Assembly (NCBI GenBank): GCA_964035545.1
Contig: OZ037765.1
Span: forward strand, 868,001 to 932,000
Reading direction: 5' to 3'
DNA length: 64,000 nt
Source of the DNA: Bugula neritina
Lineage: Eukaryota > Animalia > Bryozoa
Positions 39,637 through 63,191 of this stretch are shown here, piece by piece. The notes below the pieces were generated by a model. It had not been told where the DNA came from and searched no databases. It was given only the letters and a program-made list of their open reading frames with translations. The first letter of the stretch is position 1; each line of letters starts with the position of its first letter. A program made the translations under genes and the position numbers.

Positions 39637-42345
39637 ATGACAGCGCAAAGGAAAGGTATCGTTATAGCTGTTTCAGGTTTTATTTTTTTGACAATTACAA
39701 TTTCCAAGCTGCAATACTTGACGGTTGGAGATGGAATTTCTAGTAGAAAGAAAGCAAATTCGCTTAGTTTCAACACGGCCAGGTCCCCTTCTAGACTCCT
39801 AACTGCGAATAGTACTTTACCTGTACGTCTGGCGAACCTAAAGACTTCCACATACAATATAACCAACAAGAAGCATTGGGTGCCTGATTGGGCATTGAAT
39901 GACAATATTGCTGAAGTTCTTGAGAGTAGAAAGAAAGGAATTATAAAAAGGTAGGCGTCTGCATTCAAAGTCATGCATTGAATAACATTTACTAACACTT
40001 TCTTATCCTTGTGGAATGGGCTGCCGAAGTCAATTCGTGCTATTGCTAGAGATGGTGATTTCAAGTGTGCTGTATAGTCTTACTTGCTTGACTCAATGTA
40101 ACTTGTTTGATTTTGTATTTTCAGACAGCTAACTGTTAGTTCTCCTCAGCAACGGCCTGGTGCCTAGCTGCAGTGCTATTGCGTCATAGGCCTAAACACA
40201 TTTTTTTGGCTATTTTTTGTTCTCATTCTTGTAAATTTTTCATAAGTGTTAAATAAATAAAACAAAACAAAAACAAACGTAAAGTTTTTGCCCCACTGGA
40301 ATTCAAACCTAAGGCCTATCCGGCTTGCAAGCAGGTGCATTAAACATTAAACCAAAGGGACCACAGGATATCATAGGGCAGCTTTTTAGCCTCAAGGAAG
40401 CAGCTTTGTTATTGATGGTGAATGTTTTGATGTTTCTCCTTTAACAGACCCATAAAATAACAATTATCATTTTAAGTTTGTACTGTGTGGTTCTAGATGC
40501 AAAGAGTTATCTCCCTATCAGAACCCATGGTATAGGAGACCCCGTTCCCGCAACGTTCAAAGCAGACCGCTGTCTCTTTGTACAACCGCTAAGGGTGGCA
40601 GCACTTTCTGGAAAACTGTTCTAAGGCTTCACAGGGACAGCAGTACATCTTTGTCAAAGTTCAAACTATCACGAGCTAAAACGGTGAGATGGAAAGCAAT
40701 GCTAAAATAAAGAATAAAGTGTGTGTAAATGATTATATTTTTGAATTTATATCATTCTTTTTTACAAAAATATATTTTGGAGAATCAAAAGTTTCTGTAA
40801 GATAAATTATAATATTCTAGTGCTGAGACAGTACTATATTCTAGTGCTGAAACAGTACTATATTCTAGTGCTAAGACAGTACTATATTCTAGTGCTGAGA
40901 CAGTACTATATTCTAGTGCTAAGACAGTTCTGTATTCTAGTGCTGAGACAGTACTGTATTCTAGTGCTGAGACAGTTCTGTATTCTAGTGCTGAGACGGT
41001 ACTGTATTCTAGTGCTGAGACAGTTTTGTATTCTAGTGCTGAAACAGTACTATATTCTAGTGCTGAGACAGTACTATATTCTAGTGCTGAGACAGTACTA
41101 TATTCTAGTGCTGAGACAGTACTGTATTCTAGTGCTGAGACAGTACTGTGTTCTAGTGCTGAGACAGTATTGTATTCTAGTGCTGAAACAGTACTATATT
41201 TTATATACATTTGATACTGTAGCGGTTTGTGGTGACCAGAAACCCTTGGCATAGATTGGTCAGTGCCTGGAATGATAAAATAATGAATACATATGGTAAT
41301 GAATGGACACGGCTAATGTGCCAAAATATGGTGTGGAAAAAGTTCATTACCTTCAGGTATGACATTAGTAAGGCAAATTATATCAAATACTCTTCTGCTA
41401 TAAATGTTACTTGATAAAAACATTTTTCTACAGTGCTAAGATTTTAGTGATAAACGGCTATCTAGAAACAATTTAACAAAAGATAAAATATTTTTCTGAG
41501 TTTTTGTTGCAACTCATCAGGGACCGGAAAACACAAATAATCTTTCCCGGCATGATGATGTGATAATGAGAGTGTACGTTACTGTTTCAGTGAGTTTATA
41601 GAGCACTGCGTTATTGCCTCCTGGAGGCGAGGCAGAAGGTATAATGTTCATTGGCTTCCTGTGATAGACAGGTGTCATATCTGTAGCCCAAAGTCTCACG
41701 TGGATGTATTTCGTAAGTATATTTGACCTAGATATCTAGATAGACATAGTTTGTGTGCATGCCTTTACTGCTTACCCCCTGTTCACACATTGCCGTAATG
41801 TAAAATATCAGCCATCTTTAATGTGTCCGGGCTGAAGTTTACAAAGTCCGCTGTTAGGTAATATATAACACACCTCATTGGGCAATTTTATCCAATGAGC
41901 TGAAGCAAGAGTTTTTCTGTCCAATAGGAACCCACCGCAACTAGTTTGAATCAAGCAGTGCTTGATCCTAACGTACCGTAGCACCGTACAGGAAGCTCAG
42001 ACATTATTGACGATTTTGAGTTGAAAGCTTGGTGTATTGCAGTGTCGCATAGCACAGTATAAACTATCATTTTTGTTGCGTACAGTTGCGGCTGAGAATA
42101 TGAAAAAGGAAGGAGTGTATTTGCTACACAAATACGGAGGTGTGTCTGATCCTGATTGGTTGATGAACAAAGCTAGAAACAACTCAATAAGACCCGCTGA
42201 AAAGAAACGTGACACAAAAACTTACCAACAGCACTATTTAAACGTTAGCAGAGAGCACATTAACATTCTCAAAGAGTTGTATAAATATGAAATATTTTTA
42301 TTTGATTATCCCGAAACACCTTTTGTAGATTTTGAAAACTCTTAA
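39637..42345 (+). CDS. Golgi type II carbohydrate sulfotransferase (Sulfotransfer_2 / CHST8-14-like family)
   Basis: N-terminal TM anchor GIVIAVSGFIFLTITI; 5'-PSB-like CTTAKGGSTFWK; 3'-PB-like FVVTRNPWHRLVSAWNDK; ITFSEFI...HWLPVIDRCHIC; C-terminal LYKYEIFLFDYP. Approximate exons 39637-39950, 40497-40683, 41223-41356, 41591-41712, 42086-42345. Confidence 0.88.
40290..40360 (-). mobile_element. Degenerate tRNA-like sequence (SINE head or tRNA pseudogene) in sulfotransferase intron 1
   Basis: Minus strand TCCCTTTGGTTTAATGTTTAATGCACCTGCTTGCAAGCCGG...GGTTTGAATTCCAGTGGGGC: box-A-like and box-B-like motifs at tRNA spacing; stems imperfect. Confidence 0.5.
40812..41201. repeat. 24-bp minisatellite TATTCTAGTGCTGAGACAGTACTA
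   Basis: About 16 copies ending about 20 nt before the acceptor at 41222. Confidence 0.95.
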
Positions 42346-42674
42346 CTCAATGAAATGAGTCATTATGTAGAATAATGTCTAATGTGAAATGTGTGCTAAA
42401 CTATTTTTCATCATTTTAGATTTTTTTTTTGTAGATTTGAATGTAAATGTTGAGATATACTGCAATAATATATTTATATATCCTTTTTAGCTTAAAGTGT
42501 GAAATTTGTTACAATAAAAGCTGGAAAAAAATTCAGAAAAACTTGCATAGGTAATTTACTAGTCAGTTACTATTCAATAAAACATCATAGAATTTTGCAA
42601 AGGGTATATCAAAAATCTATAAAATAATATGCTTAGAAATGCTGATCTAAAGTTTAATATTATATAAAATGAAT

Positions 42675-45600
42675 TCAGGTGGAGAGGGCTTTCATTTCCT
42701 TGGCATCTTCACTCAAGTCTTCACTCCCAGCGTGTCTGAAGGGCTGGTAGCCTCTACAGAACATAACAAGTTCAAACTCACTCTCACTGTCTAACACTCA
42801 CTCTCACTGTCTAACACTTACTCTCACTGTCTAATACTCACTCTCACTGTCTAATACTCACTCTCACTGTCTAATATTTATTCACTATGATTTCTTATCA
42901 ACTCACCACCTCTGGTTTCCACTTACTCCCTTCCATACAACTCACACCAATGACAGAATGCACACAACTCCCTATACTAGTAGTCGTCCACTCACTTTGA
43001 GTTGTATGTAAACTTGTTGGCCTCTTCTATTGTCTCAGGAATTGGAAACTTGAAGGTTTCGGGGAGCAACAGAGCTGTTATAGACGTGGCTATCATAAAC
43101 ACTCCAAATATAAGTGGGGCAATGCCTTTGGCAAATGGCACGTTTGTCACATACTTTGGCTAAAAGTAGCAGAAACAATAGTATAGAAGCATTAAAGTTG
43201 ACACCAGGTTATAGCAGAGCATACAGCTACTACTGAATTTTATTAACCTGTGGTATAGGTTCTTGGGCTAAGCTGTTATTTGTGTCTAAAATTCTAATGT
43301 TTTAACTAGCTCAATTTTCTAAAAATTAATTCACAGTCTACACATTTCAGTGCAAAACTTTAGCTATTGAAATTTCTAGTGTTTATTGTTGAGACTTTTC
43401 AAGCAGTACTCCTATTAGCCTCAGATTTCAACATTTTCTACAGATTGAATATAATATAACTTACAATATCTGCTATGGCTGGTGAAATCATGGAACCCAC
43501 TCTAGCCATGGCAGAGTTCACTCCCATGAGAGAGTTTCGCTGTGAAGTGGGGTACATCTCAACTGACCAGAAGTAAACGAGCTCAAAACCAGCCGACACA
43601 GCAAACTTTCCGACCATGCTGACCGTGATAATCACCCAGTTTAGTCCTGCAGTGAATAATGTAACTCATTTGACTGATCATGAGAAATATTGCGCCGAAT
43701 CAGTAATGATACAGGCTGTACTATACCAACATTTTGATGGCATAGAGTGGCTTAGACTCTATCATAATTTATTCCAACAAATTTGTATTTAGAGGATAGT
43801 TGCTAAGCAACAACTAGCAAATATACACTGATGTCTAAACCTTACCTATGTCTGTGACATACACTATCAGGAAAGCAGAAACAACCAGAGCCACGCCTCC
43901 AATAGACATCAATGCAATGTAGAAATACTTGCGACCTAGTCTTATTGTCCCCAGCAGTAGTATGTAGGCGGGCACCTCTACCAGCCCCCCTATAAAGTTG
44001 TTTATGTAAAGATCCCCCACTAGATTTCCAACGTTCAATGCCAAACCATAGTATCCCATGGAAGCCACAAACCTGAAAATTTATCACGTAAATGTTAATT
44101 AATTTGACTAGTGTTTTACTTAATCTTCCTTTTCTGCCTTGCAATTTAGACTTCGCATGTTTATGTTAATTTCTACATTTTAATTTAAAATGATAGAAGC
44201 AGCTATAGTACTTCAAAGTTACATGATATATTATGCAAATTTTTATTATGATTTTTGAATCCTCATAATATATCATATATAAACTGAAGTTGTCTCCTCA
44301 CCAAGCAAATGAGTTGATGATGATATTCCAGAGAAGGGTTTTAGCCCTAGTCAGTGACAGGCACGTAGTCCCGCATGAGGTTTCTGTTTCATCCTTCTCT
44401 ATCTTTTCATCTTGTCCATAACTCAGACTATCTATATCTACATCCAGTCCATTAACTTTCTTGACTCTGTTCAATATTTTGACTGCATCGTCATAGCGAC
44501 CCTTGGCTAACAGCCAAGATGGCGACTCTTCCAATAACCTACAATATCACCACTCGGATGTAAGCCACTTTCAGCTAGTGTGTAAGCCACTTTCAGCTAG
44601 TGTATGAGCCTTCGAAAAGTATACTTCCGGATTTTAAATTCTTGTAATTGGAGTTGTCTACTAAATTAAAGAGAATTATTCCATCGCATAGACTTACCAC
44701 CAGTAAAGCAGAATAAATGGTGCACTGAGACAAGCTATACACAGTTGAAGATACCTCCAGTGTCTAAGAGCAAAGGCTAGGCCGGAGAGCAACATTACCC
44801 CAACGCACCACACCATGGTCTGGCAGATGGCGGCCATTGTGCGCTTGTCAGGGGGGCATATCTCCACCACTTCAAACAGAAACGTATTACCCTATGTGCA
44901 CAGCAAACAGAACATTGTGTTAGTTACTGGTAGACATGAATACTCCATCTGCACACTGGATCTATATGCTTGTAACAAGAAAACTGTCACTTAGATTCAA
45001 ATATTCAACAGTTTTCTACACAAAGCTGTTGCTGGTTTGAATCAACTTTTTAAAAAAAACTATTATATAGTGGTATAGTTAAAAAGCTGCTCTATCAACT
45101 GCCAAACATGAATGCACAGTTTGAGTAATTTCAGATAAATTATATTAAATTCTACACTCAGTTTGAACCAAACACATAATGTATTATCATATTTACATGT
45201 ATAGCAACTGTTTGTAATAATCCACGCATATTGGAATGTAACATGCGCATATTGAACATTATTATTCTGTGTTTGTCTCTAGTAACTGAAATTCCTATGA
45301 CATCTACTGAAAAACAATCAGTAACAAGAGAGGAAAACTCACTCAAAGTAAACTGTGCAATAAGTCCTCCAATAGTAACTGCACCCAACACGAACCTCAA
45401 CACGGTGAACACGATGTAGTTTGGTGAGAACATAACTCCTAAGGCTATAGCACCTTGTATAACTAGTCCAACGTAGACAGTCCACTTGCGCCCAAAACTA
45501 GTTGGAAAATGAATATTGAATAACAAATTAAACATTTCAGATTTGTTTCAAGTAACAATATAGTGCGGTTTTTATGCAAAGTTTACACTAATAAAGACCG

Positions 45601-48600
45601 TCACCACTAGTGTACCAAAAGAGCTGAAATAAAAAATATCATTACAATTTAATAAATAGCGAACATTTGATATTTTCTAATTTAAAAAAAGCATTTATGC
45701 CCATATTTCTTGCAATTATTTACTCTTTAATTTTTCAAATACATAAAAGTTTTATACTCAAGTAGCGCATGCAACAGAACATATTATTGTTCTGTGAGTT
45801 ATTTACTTTAAGATATATTAATTTTTTTTTATTTATTCAACATACAAATCAAAATATTTCTACTCATTCTACCAACAAGTTATAGACCAATAAGGTTTCT
45901 ACTAACAAGTTACAGGCCAATAAAATGTCTACTCACAAATCCGATACAGAACCAAAAGCAAGGGAGCCAACGAAGAGTCCAGCCATGTATATGATATTAG
46001 CTGTGGTGGAGAGGACATTATTCCCACATACTAAATTGAACTGAAATATAAAACAACACAGAAAGTAAATAGACTTGGTACCTACTGTTTCATTGGAATG
46101 TATACAAAGCTCCTGTAGTCAGAGTGGAACATTTGGCAGGACTATTTGGGGTGTCAAAGGTGTCAGTCAGGTCAGAATTATCAGCTGGCTCTTTGGAAGA
46201 CCACCTGACATGCTCCAAGCCAATGAAAGGTGTAGTTCTCAGAATTTTTCTATAAGCAGCTCAGAGTTGAGGGTGACTGAGTGCAGTAGTCTGGGATTCT
46301 TGAGTTTAACTTGAGGTCTGAGTTGAAACACCCAACTCTAAACTCAAGAACCCATACTACTGCATTCACACCCCAACCTGGAGCTGCTTATAGAGCAATT
46401 CTAGTTCTCAACTTACTAGACACCCTATCATCAGGTGCATGACGGAGGGGGGGGGGGGAGAGATTTTGAGAATATTGGGATGATTAGATTCTATTAGGCA
46501 ATAAATAGCAATTTACTTTAGAAATGTATACCTTTTGTGGTTTCATAGAAGGTTTAATCACATAATTTACCTGCTGTTTATTCGCAATACAGTATTTCAT
46601 AATAGTTAGTTACAAATACAGACATCCCAGGCAAATGTCCGAGAAAAACTTTGCTCAGAAATTCACCCAGTTGTTGGGTTGATTTCTTTACAGATAAATA
46701 CAAGCTTTTAATAACTTTTTAGTGGAGCTTAGTGTGGGCTCATCACTGGCTCATCAGATAGAAATAGTTGAGCTAGAGTTTTGGGGCATAGCCTAATCTA
46801 CATAAAACCCTAAACACAGTAAGTTCACAACACGCTGGTCTTATCTGTTTAGGTAATCAAGATGCTTTGCTAGAATCCCAGATCTATAAATAACCCAAAT
46901 CTATAAATAACCCAAATCTATAAATAACCCAAATCTATAAATAACCCAAATCTATAAATAACCGGACCTATAAGCAATCAAGAGTGCTGTAGTAATATTA
47001 ATAGTTTGTTGTATACCATTCCATACAAGGCCAACTCAATCATAATAGTCAAAACCTAAGACGGTGTAATAGAATAATATAGTAAATGTAAGTAGTAAGT
47101 ACTAATAATAAGCAAGCTACTAGTAGTAAGTGTTAGTTATAGCAAATACTAGTAGTAAGTACTGCTAGTAAGTACTAAAAGTAAATATATGAATTAGTCA
47201 CCTGAGTTGTGGTGGTTTCTGCAAACTGACTTCTATCGTATACATAGCTGTTGCATCTCACAGCATTTGAAGAGTTACCCCCACCTGGCTGTATAATATA
47301 ACACGAGTTATAGCTATTCTCTTTTGGGTCAACAAGTATGTATTGTTTGATGAGCTCTTCATGTTCATCGTCTTGTATTACGTAAGTATCATTGTCTAGT
47401 CCTGGAATGGCGCATCTACAACGAGAATAAAGAGAAAGTAGATATCCTTATAACAAGCCTACTTCAAATTCAAATTCAAGCACAAGTTTATCATTTGGAT
47501 TCCATATAATTCCAAGCAAAATGAGGCTTTAATATTTCACATGAACAATTATTAAATCATTATTAATCATTAAACTTAATCAATATTAACAATTATCTGA
47601 TGAATAGAAAGATTTCCCAGGGAGATTCAACATCATGTAATCATCACGACTGAGATTTGATCAACTCGAGTCTAATGATCTGTTGTGTGATTGGCTGTCT
47701 GCGCACTGGTCAAAATACACAAGCTTTCTGATTGGGTAAAATTTGTCAGTCACGTGTACACGTGGGACTAAAAGCAAAATAATAATTTGAAGTGAACTTG
47801 CCAATTAGTTGAAAAAATGGACCAATAGACCTGCATCTTAAAGAGCTCGAGCAAAGATAGCTACTATACAATAATGAACTCAAAATAATATTATCTTTTC
47901 CAGAACCGTGCTATACAAGGTTAATAAATTGTGGGGGGGGGTGTGCACGAGTCCCTGGCTGTATGTATGACTACTCATGCTACAAACCTTATATTATATC
48001 TAAACTCTAAAGTATACCAGTTACAATAATTTACTAGAATTTAACTAAAGACTTTTATTCTCCATTTAGCAAGCCTTGCCCCCCCCCCTTCAGTGTTCAC
48101 ATGAATGTTATTTCTCCCCTGCACTGGCAAAGATCAATTATCCACCCCCACAGCTCGGAAATTTTGCAGTTATGGGTTCCTCTCATTTCTGGGATTTACA
48201 TCTGTTGGATTGGAGTAGATTGAACCAACTGACCTTGGAAACCACAAATACATGTTAGTTGAAAGGTCACACACCTTAGGCTGCGACTTAAACTCTATAG
48301 TGAAATTTTTTGTTATGTAACTTAAATTCAAGGAGAAGTGTTGTAGTGGAACATTGTAGTGTATGCATAATAAAATTGTAGTTATGGTCTATAATCTATT
48401 GTATTGAGTGTATATGATCAAGTACCTAACAATAGCTTGTATAGCCATGTGTAGCTATTAATTATTGTATCTATATAGCCAGCCTATACTGAAGTAACCC
48501 CTACTTATACAGGATACAGAGATTTTGTAACAATATTTTCCAGTGTTGGAGTTGCGCCTTCCACAATCAGTTACCTCCCTGATTTGTAGATAAGCAGGTG

Positions 48601-49541
48601 ATAATAACAAAGACTTTCTATTGAAGAATCAATTTTGCTGAGTCAGCTGTTTTCTGAGAAGTTAAGTACTTGTGTAGACAGGATTTGCTGCTACTCAAAT
48701 ATTTAGAAACTGGGCTGCTTCATCGCATTAATTATACAGGGTAAATACTACTATCAGCTTTGTAACTTACACCCCATACATGAAATATATATGCTTGTGC
48801 TACCAGTTACAGTTATTGCTTGAATTTGAAATATGCCGCATACTTTTCTCAGCTATGCTATACAACAATAAGAAATAATACACCTGTTTTGAATATAAAG
48901 AATATTATTGTCATATCATTATTGCACTTGCACTCATTTGTAAGGTTACCAGCATGCCAGCTGTTTTTATCAAGTTAGAGCTTCTTTTATACAAATATTT
49001 CATTTTATGAGATTTCCAAATTTCTTTTTGTATGTTTTCTTCATTAAAGTGGGCGTTGCACATGTAACACTCAAGATAGAAAAAAATGGCAAAATATTGC
49101 TATACTTTATCTAAAACTACCACAAGTATTGATAACTTGAATCCAACTCAAGTTAATCTATGAATAGACTGAAGAGTTACTTAACTCTACATCCTTCATG
49201 TCTAGACGTAAAAATCTCAAAGGTTATAAAACCTTCAAACTATAAAATACACCAACAGTATAAGATAGTATAATTCAACATCAAAGGTGTTGCACACATC
49301 TTGTGTACCTATGCAGTACTATGCAAAGCTCATCTGCAAGTCAAGGAGCTACAATCTACTTAATAACCTTCACAAAGTTATCTCTAATGTCAACAAACCT
49401 GAAGTCTACAGAAGCTGAGATGAACACCGAGGCTACGAGATGAAGAGAGGTGAGGATGTTGCACATGGACAGGTAGAACCATTGTAGCTTCTGGTGTCTT
49501 CCAAATGTGCTGGGCAGAGTGATAAACTTCACAATATCCAT
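42675..49541 (-). CDS. SLC22 organic cation transporter family (MFS), Orct-like
   Basis: FGRHQ N-terminus, large first loop with FNLVCG, FGRK, EESPSWL, GYYGLALNVGNL, SVEMYPTSQRN..ARVGSMISP, LLPET. Exons 49541-49399, 47415-47202, 46040-45937, 45497-45343, 44869-44698, 44538-44302, 44072-43846, 43646-43465, 43159-42996, 42753-42675. Confidence 0.93.
42776..42877. repeat. 20-bp x5 repeat ACTCACTCTCACTGTCTAAC/T
   Basis: Next to the last SLC22 acceptor. Confidence 0.88.
46242..46401. mobile_element. Foldback MITE, MULE/Mutator-like, with 9-bp TSD
   Basis: Imperfect palindrome GAATT..CTATAAGCAGCTC...GAGCTGCTTATAG..AATTC flanked by the direct repeat TAGTTCTCA (46233-46241 and 46402-46410). Confidence 0.8.
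46881..46963. repeat. 17-bp x5 repeat ATCTATAAATAACCCAA
   Basis: Direct reading. Confidence 0.88.
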
Positions 49542-49643
49542 GGCCTAACTCCTTCACTGATGCATTCACTACAATTCAAAGTTTATAGCATGAGTTCTCT
49601 TCATATTTATTGAAAGCTTTTAGATCTGAAGCTTTTGTAACAT

Positions 49644-49805
49644 GAATAGTTATATAAGCAGCCTGGAGTTGGGGGTGACTGAGTGCAATAGTTTGTGGCT
49701 CATGAGTTTGAATTTCAAGTTCCAATTTATGCCCCCAACTCCAACCTTGAGAGCCCCAAACTGCTGCACTCATTAACCCCTAGCTTAGAGCTGCATATAA
49801 AATCA
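49644..49805. mobile_element. Decayed second copy of the 46242 foldback element
   Basis: Shares TATAAGCAGC..GAGTTG.GGGTGACTGAGTGCA.TAGT and the return arm CTGCA.TCA...GAGCTGC.TATA; no TSD recognisable. Confidence 0.7.
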
Positions 49806-52800
49806 TTATTGTCTCTTACCCACAGCTAAGCCTCAGTGCATCAGAATATGACAACACCTTGAGAAGCAGGGAGCTACCCTCCCCCAATACCAAGTTAAAA
49901 GTTATGAACTCAAGCTAAGCTCTACCCTTCCTACACTCAGTAGTCAGGCAGGTAGTACCTTTCAGATACTCTATATATAGTATATACAGATCAATCAACA
50001 CGCTGACAGCACACAGGAGTGGACAAACAGTACACTAGACAGTCTTTGTTTACATGATCAGTTTTTACTTGCCTATGGCAAAGTTCACTTTAGCTAATTT
50101 CTTATTGTATTTGACTTTGAGGCTTTTTATGAATGAATTCATGTAAACAATACAAAGAAGTTGTGGTAACAAGCTATTTATATGCTCTACAAAGTGATTT
50201 ACAACTGGCTTGTTTTAGAAATAGGAAAAGATTCTGTTTAAAACTTTTGCAGCTCAAACATGATGTCAACACACTCCAGCAGTTGCCATACAGCTATATG
50301 CAGCTGCATGTTTCAGGTCAGCTTATCTGCAGGGAGAGGGGTCATTAGATGGAGGGTGGGGGGTCAGTCACTGCAGGGAGAGGGGGTCATTAGATGGAGG
50401 GTGGAATTTAGCAGAAGCATACTCATAGTGTTATTATTACTGCTAATAGATAAAAGCTGAAAACTATAAGTCATAGATAATATTTGACTCCAAGTTTAGT
50501 TATATAACTATTGGTTAATTTATATTTGTATGCTCAAAACTCTTTTAGTTTTGCTGGTTTATTGCCAAGTTTCACCCTCAGCAAATTAAGATGCACTAAA
50601 ATTTGTAGAAAATTGATAATAATCATCAATTTGTTTTTCCTTTCTCATTCATTCAGCTTGGCCCAACCGGTTCAATGCACAAGACAGCAGCTAATACCTA
50701 CTCTGAATATCTGTATTACAGATTTTAGTAGCCAGTGTTGCTATTCTGTGTAGAAACACCTTATGACACCTGCCCCCATCTGTCAGTTGTCACCTACAGC
50801 TATCCAGTAAGAAAGGGGCTGTTAGACATCAATACCATTGTTGGAATGTTTTTTACTGGAGCTAGTTTTATTTATTATAGTAATGTTTGCTTTAGTGAAA
50901 CTGTGCATTGTGTTGCCTAGCAACTTGCTTTGTCTGCTAGCAGAAGATCTGTCAGGCTTAGAAATACAGCAGAATGGTGTCTGTCTGTCTGTGCAAACAG
51001 AGAGTGGTATGTTTGAGCAAGGCTCCTATATACCCAAAATCTAACTTTGAATGTTCAACAGTTATTGTGTTGTATCATTTTCAAACCTATTTGAATCTTG
51101 AAAGCTATAAAACTAGACTCAAATTGCTTCTAACTCAATAAATTTCAATGATTATCTTTTACAAAACCCTTTCATTGAGTTAGTTTTAGTAAATTAATAA
51201 TGCAATGAAATGAACTTTTCATTCAAAACCGACCTATTTTTTATCCTCCGAATTATCATGGAACTAAAAACAAATACAATAAGCTCTAAAAGGTATTTCT
51301 TAAAGATGTTCTAAACTTTAATCTAACATACAAAGAACCTATTATGTAACTCAAACAGTGATTGCTTGTTGGAGGAAATGCTCTATAGCTCATTCATAAC
51401 CAAAAGATGAAGAAGATTAGAAAGTGTGGTAGACATTTAGCCAGGCATGTGAAAAGGATATGTGTACTGAGGAGTATAATAAGTAATAAAGTTAATATAA
51501 GTATTATATTAGTATAATTTATAACAGGGCTTTTGTACTTTTAAATTTAAACTCAACTTTTAAATTCAAACTTATTTAGGATAATGCTAGTGAAGAAAGA
51601 TTAAAAGTTACACAATATTATAAATTTCCATTAGTGTAGAAAAACATCCATAATTTCCCATTATACAATATAGTCTCCGTCATTACTGGGTAATTTTCAA
51701 GTCACTAGCTAACAGTTACTCACATCTGCAAATACTTCAGCCTACTGTCACTATCCAGTTGGTCAGAGTACTAGATAGTTTACCCTAACTTTCTTCAAAC
51801 GCACCATTGTAGTAGTACTTGATTTGTATATAGCTATATTTCTGTACTAGAATGCTGAATGAATCTCCCACTCACCTACTATAGGCTTGCTTCATAGCAT
51901 CTTGCTACTAGCTTAGGGCCAAAACAAAGCAGTCTTTACAGCACAACAGTCTTAGTACAACAGCTTGAGTATACACGAGTGACAAACATAATAATCCCAT
52001 TAACTACTTTGACAATGCCTCAGGAACTTCAATCAATCAGCAATTGCTCAGTGACTCAGCTGTTTTCCTAATCACTGTTTGGTGAACAAAGTGGGTTTTG
52101 TTTTTGACAGCTAAAACTTCAAGTCATGATGTTATATTGATTTTGGGTAGTTTGACTATTATTGACTAAATTTATTTTTATCTTTAGAAGCTTAGAATTT
52201 CTTTTATCAGTGTATACACAAGTATTTATACACCAAAAAATGATCCTTTGAAATATAAATATAATTGGTATTTCTAGAACAAAGATATTATACATTAAAC
52301 TGTATTCAGATATAATTTCACAAAAGCTTCGAAATTCAGCAATTTTTCTCTCCCTTAAACTAAAAAATTATACATTATGCTTGTAGATTGTACATGTTTT
52401 AATTAGTTACTTTAGAAAAAGTTTAAAGGGGGAGTATTTTGTCTAAACCCAAGAATAATAGGCAGTGTGAAAACTTTACATGACATTAACATTTGAGTGT
52501 GCATTATGTTTATATTAGCTGGGTGCTTAACAATAGAAAAGGCCTGTGATGGCCCAGCCTTACACTTACAGTTATTAGTTAAGAATTTTATACCAGAATA
52601 ATATCAAAGCAATAATAATTTAATAGCCATAAACAATCATAATATTAAAAGAATATTTATAAGTTACCTGGATGTGATCAGGGCAGTGAAGTTATTCAAT
52701 ATTACGTAACCCAGACAGTGGAGACAGACTACAGCTCCCTCCTAACGTACACCATATTATTAGTACGATTGATCTATTATCTATAGTGAGGCCACACAAG

Positions 52801-53111
52801 TGACTCTTTGATTGGACGATGAGATAAAAAAGCAGTGATTTTTATGTAGTAGAGGTGAGCCGACTTCGAAATCATTGCAGTCACAGGAACTAATACACTT
52901 ACATCTAGTTTGCTACTTTTCAATCAATTCTATGACTCTAGTTTGAAAGATCAATAATTGAAAACTATAAAGGTAGTCAGTATAGAAATAAAATTGAGAC
53001 CTAAATCTCTTTCAACATTACTAATGCATGTCAACGCTATTTGTAAAACTATGATAACAAAATGCTAGCATAGCTTAAAATAAATATGGTACATTTTATT
53101 TATCAGTTTAG

Positions 53112-53213
<102 letters not shown>

Positions 53214-54443
53214 TATGGTAGATATAGCTTCACTGCATTGATCAAACTTTTTGTAGTAATTGGCTCAGCTCTGCACCCCTTGAGAAGGGGGTAACAACCC
53301 ATAGCAACCCACTGCTATAGCTAAGAGTTTCTGTTCTGGAATAGATCAACCTAGTGCTTGTGGTACATCATGCCCTTTATGATAAAGTCGAGTATAGATA
53401 GCTTGCCATAACGTAAAGGTAAAGCAGTTTTTGCAAATTTTCTGCTTAATTTCTGCAGATATTTAAATCTTATGTTATAGGGGTAACAGCTCCCCTCCCT
53501 ATATTCCTTTCAATTTTAGAAATTTTAGATTAGCACACGTTTTTCTTAGCAAATTTACACCAACATGATTTAAAAAGGACCAGCAGTGGTCAGATTTATG
53601 CTTTGTTTTCATTATTCACAGCAAGTTTAGTCCAGTAGTTTTTGTGATCTGGTTTCTGTGTACTCTACCTAGCCTGAAAACTCTCAGCAACTATAGAAGG
53701 TAGGGCATACTGTCACCTCCCCCTGGTGTTTTACTCTATGAGCCTACGGCCCCAGTCAGCTATCTCCTACAGCTAGCTGACCAATCCTGCAGTTTAGAGA
53801 GGCTTCTATGATTCTAGAGATTATATTCAACTATGTCTGCTTTACAAGGAGAAGTTGCTTACCCATTCTTGTGGTATAACAACTCCTTGTTCATTTATGG
53901 AAGCTTCACAAAAGTGTAACAATGCAAGCAATGTGAAAACTCTCGGAATAAAACTGCAGGCAGGTTCTAAACATCAACGTTCACAACAATTAGGGATAAA
54001 GTTTCTCTTTCCTTAGACATCAGGTAGAGGCATTTGGTGATGGAACGGATTTGTAAATCTCATAAATTTACAGCAACAAGAATTTGAATGAGTTGACAAG
54101 ATTGGCTGTTTCAGTGTGAAGTTGGCCGACTTCACAACTGAAGAGTGAATACAGGCCATCTCTGAGTGGCAAATACAAAATGAGAAAAAATTCATGAAAT
54201 TGAACAGTTTTTGCATATTTTATTATATATTTGCTAAAGTTGAGAGAAAATGTGAAAATATGTACAAGTTGATAAGTTTTTATTTATATGCTTCATTTAA
54301 AAAAAACAGAAATATACAAAATTTCTTACAGCATCTATAGTAACTGTTAATCATCACAGCTACTTTGTTACTATAGCAACAGCTGTTAATTGGCCTCAGA
54401 TAATCGGACCAATGAGAAGTGTTTAGGGTTGTTTGGCAATCTC

Positions 54444-63191
<8,748 letters not shown>

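Noticed and set aside
39582-40064. 160-aa minus-strand ORF
   Set aside because: Antisense shadow of sulfotransferase exon 1; no recognisable motif.
40290-40360. Functional tRNA gene
   Set aside because: Acceptor and anticodon stems and box B are degenerate; better described as a SINE head or pseudogene.
41772-41995. Harbinger-like MITE starting CCCCTGTTCACAC
   Set aside because: No matching inverted terminus found.
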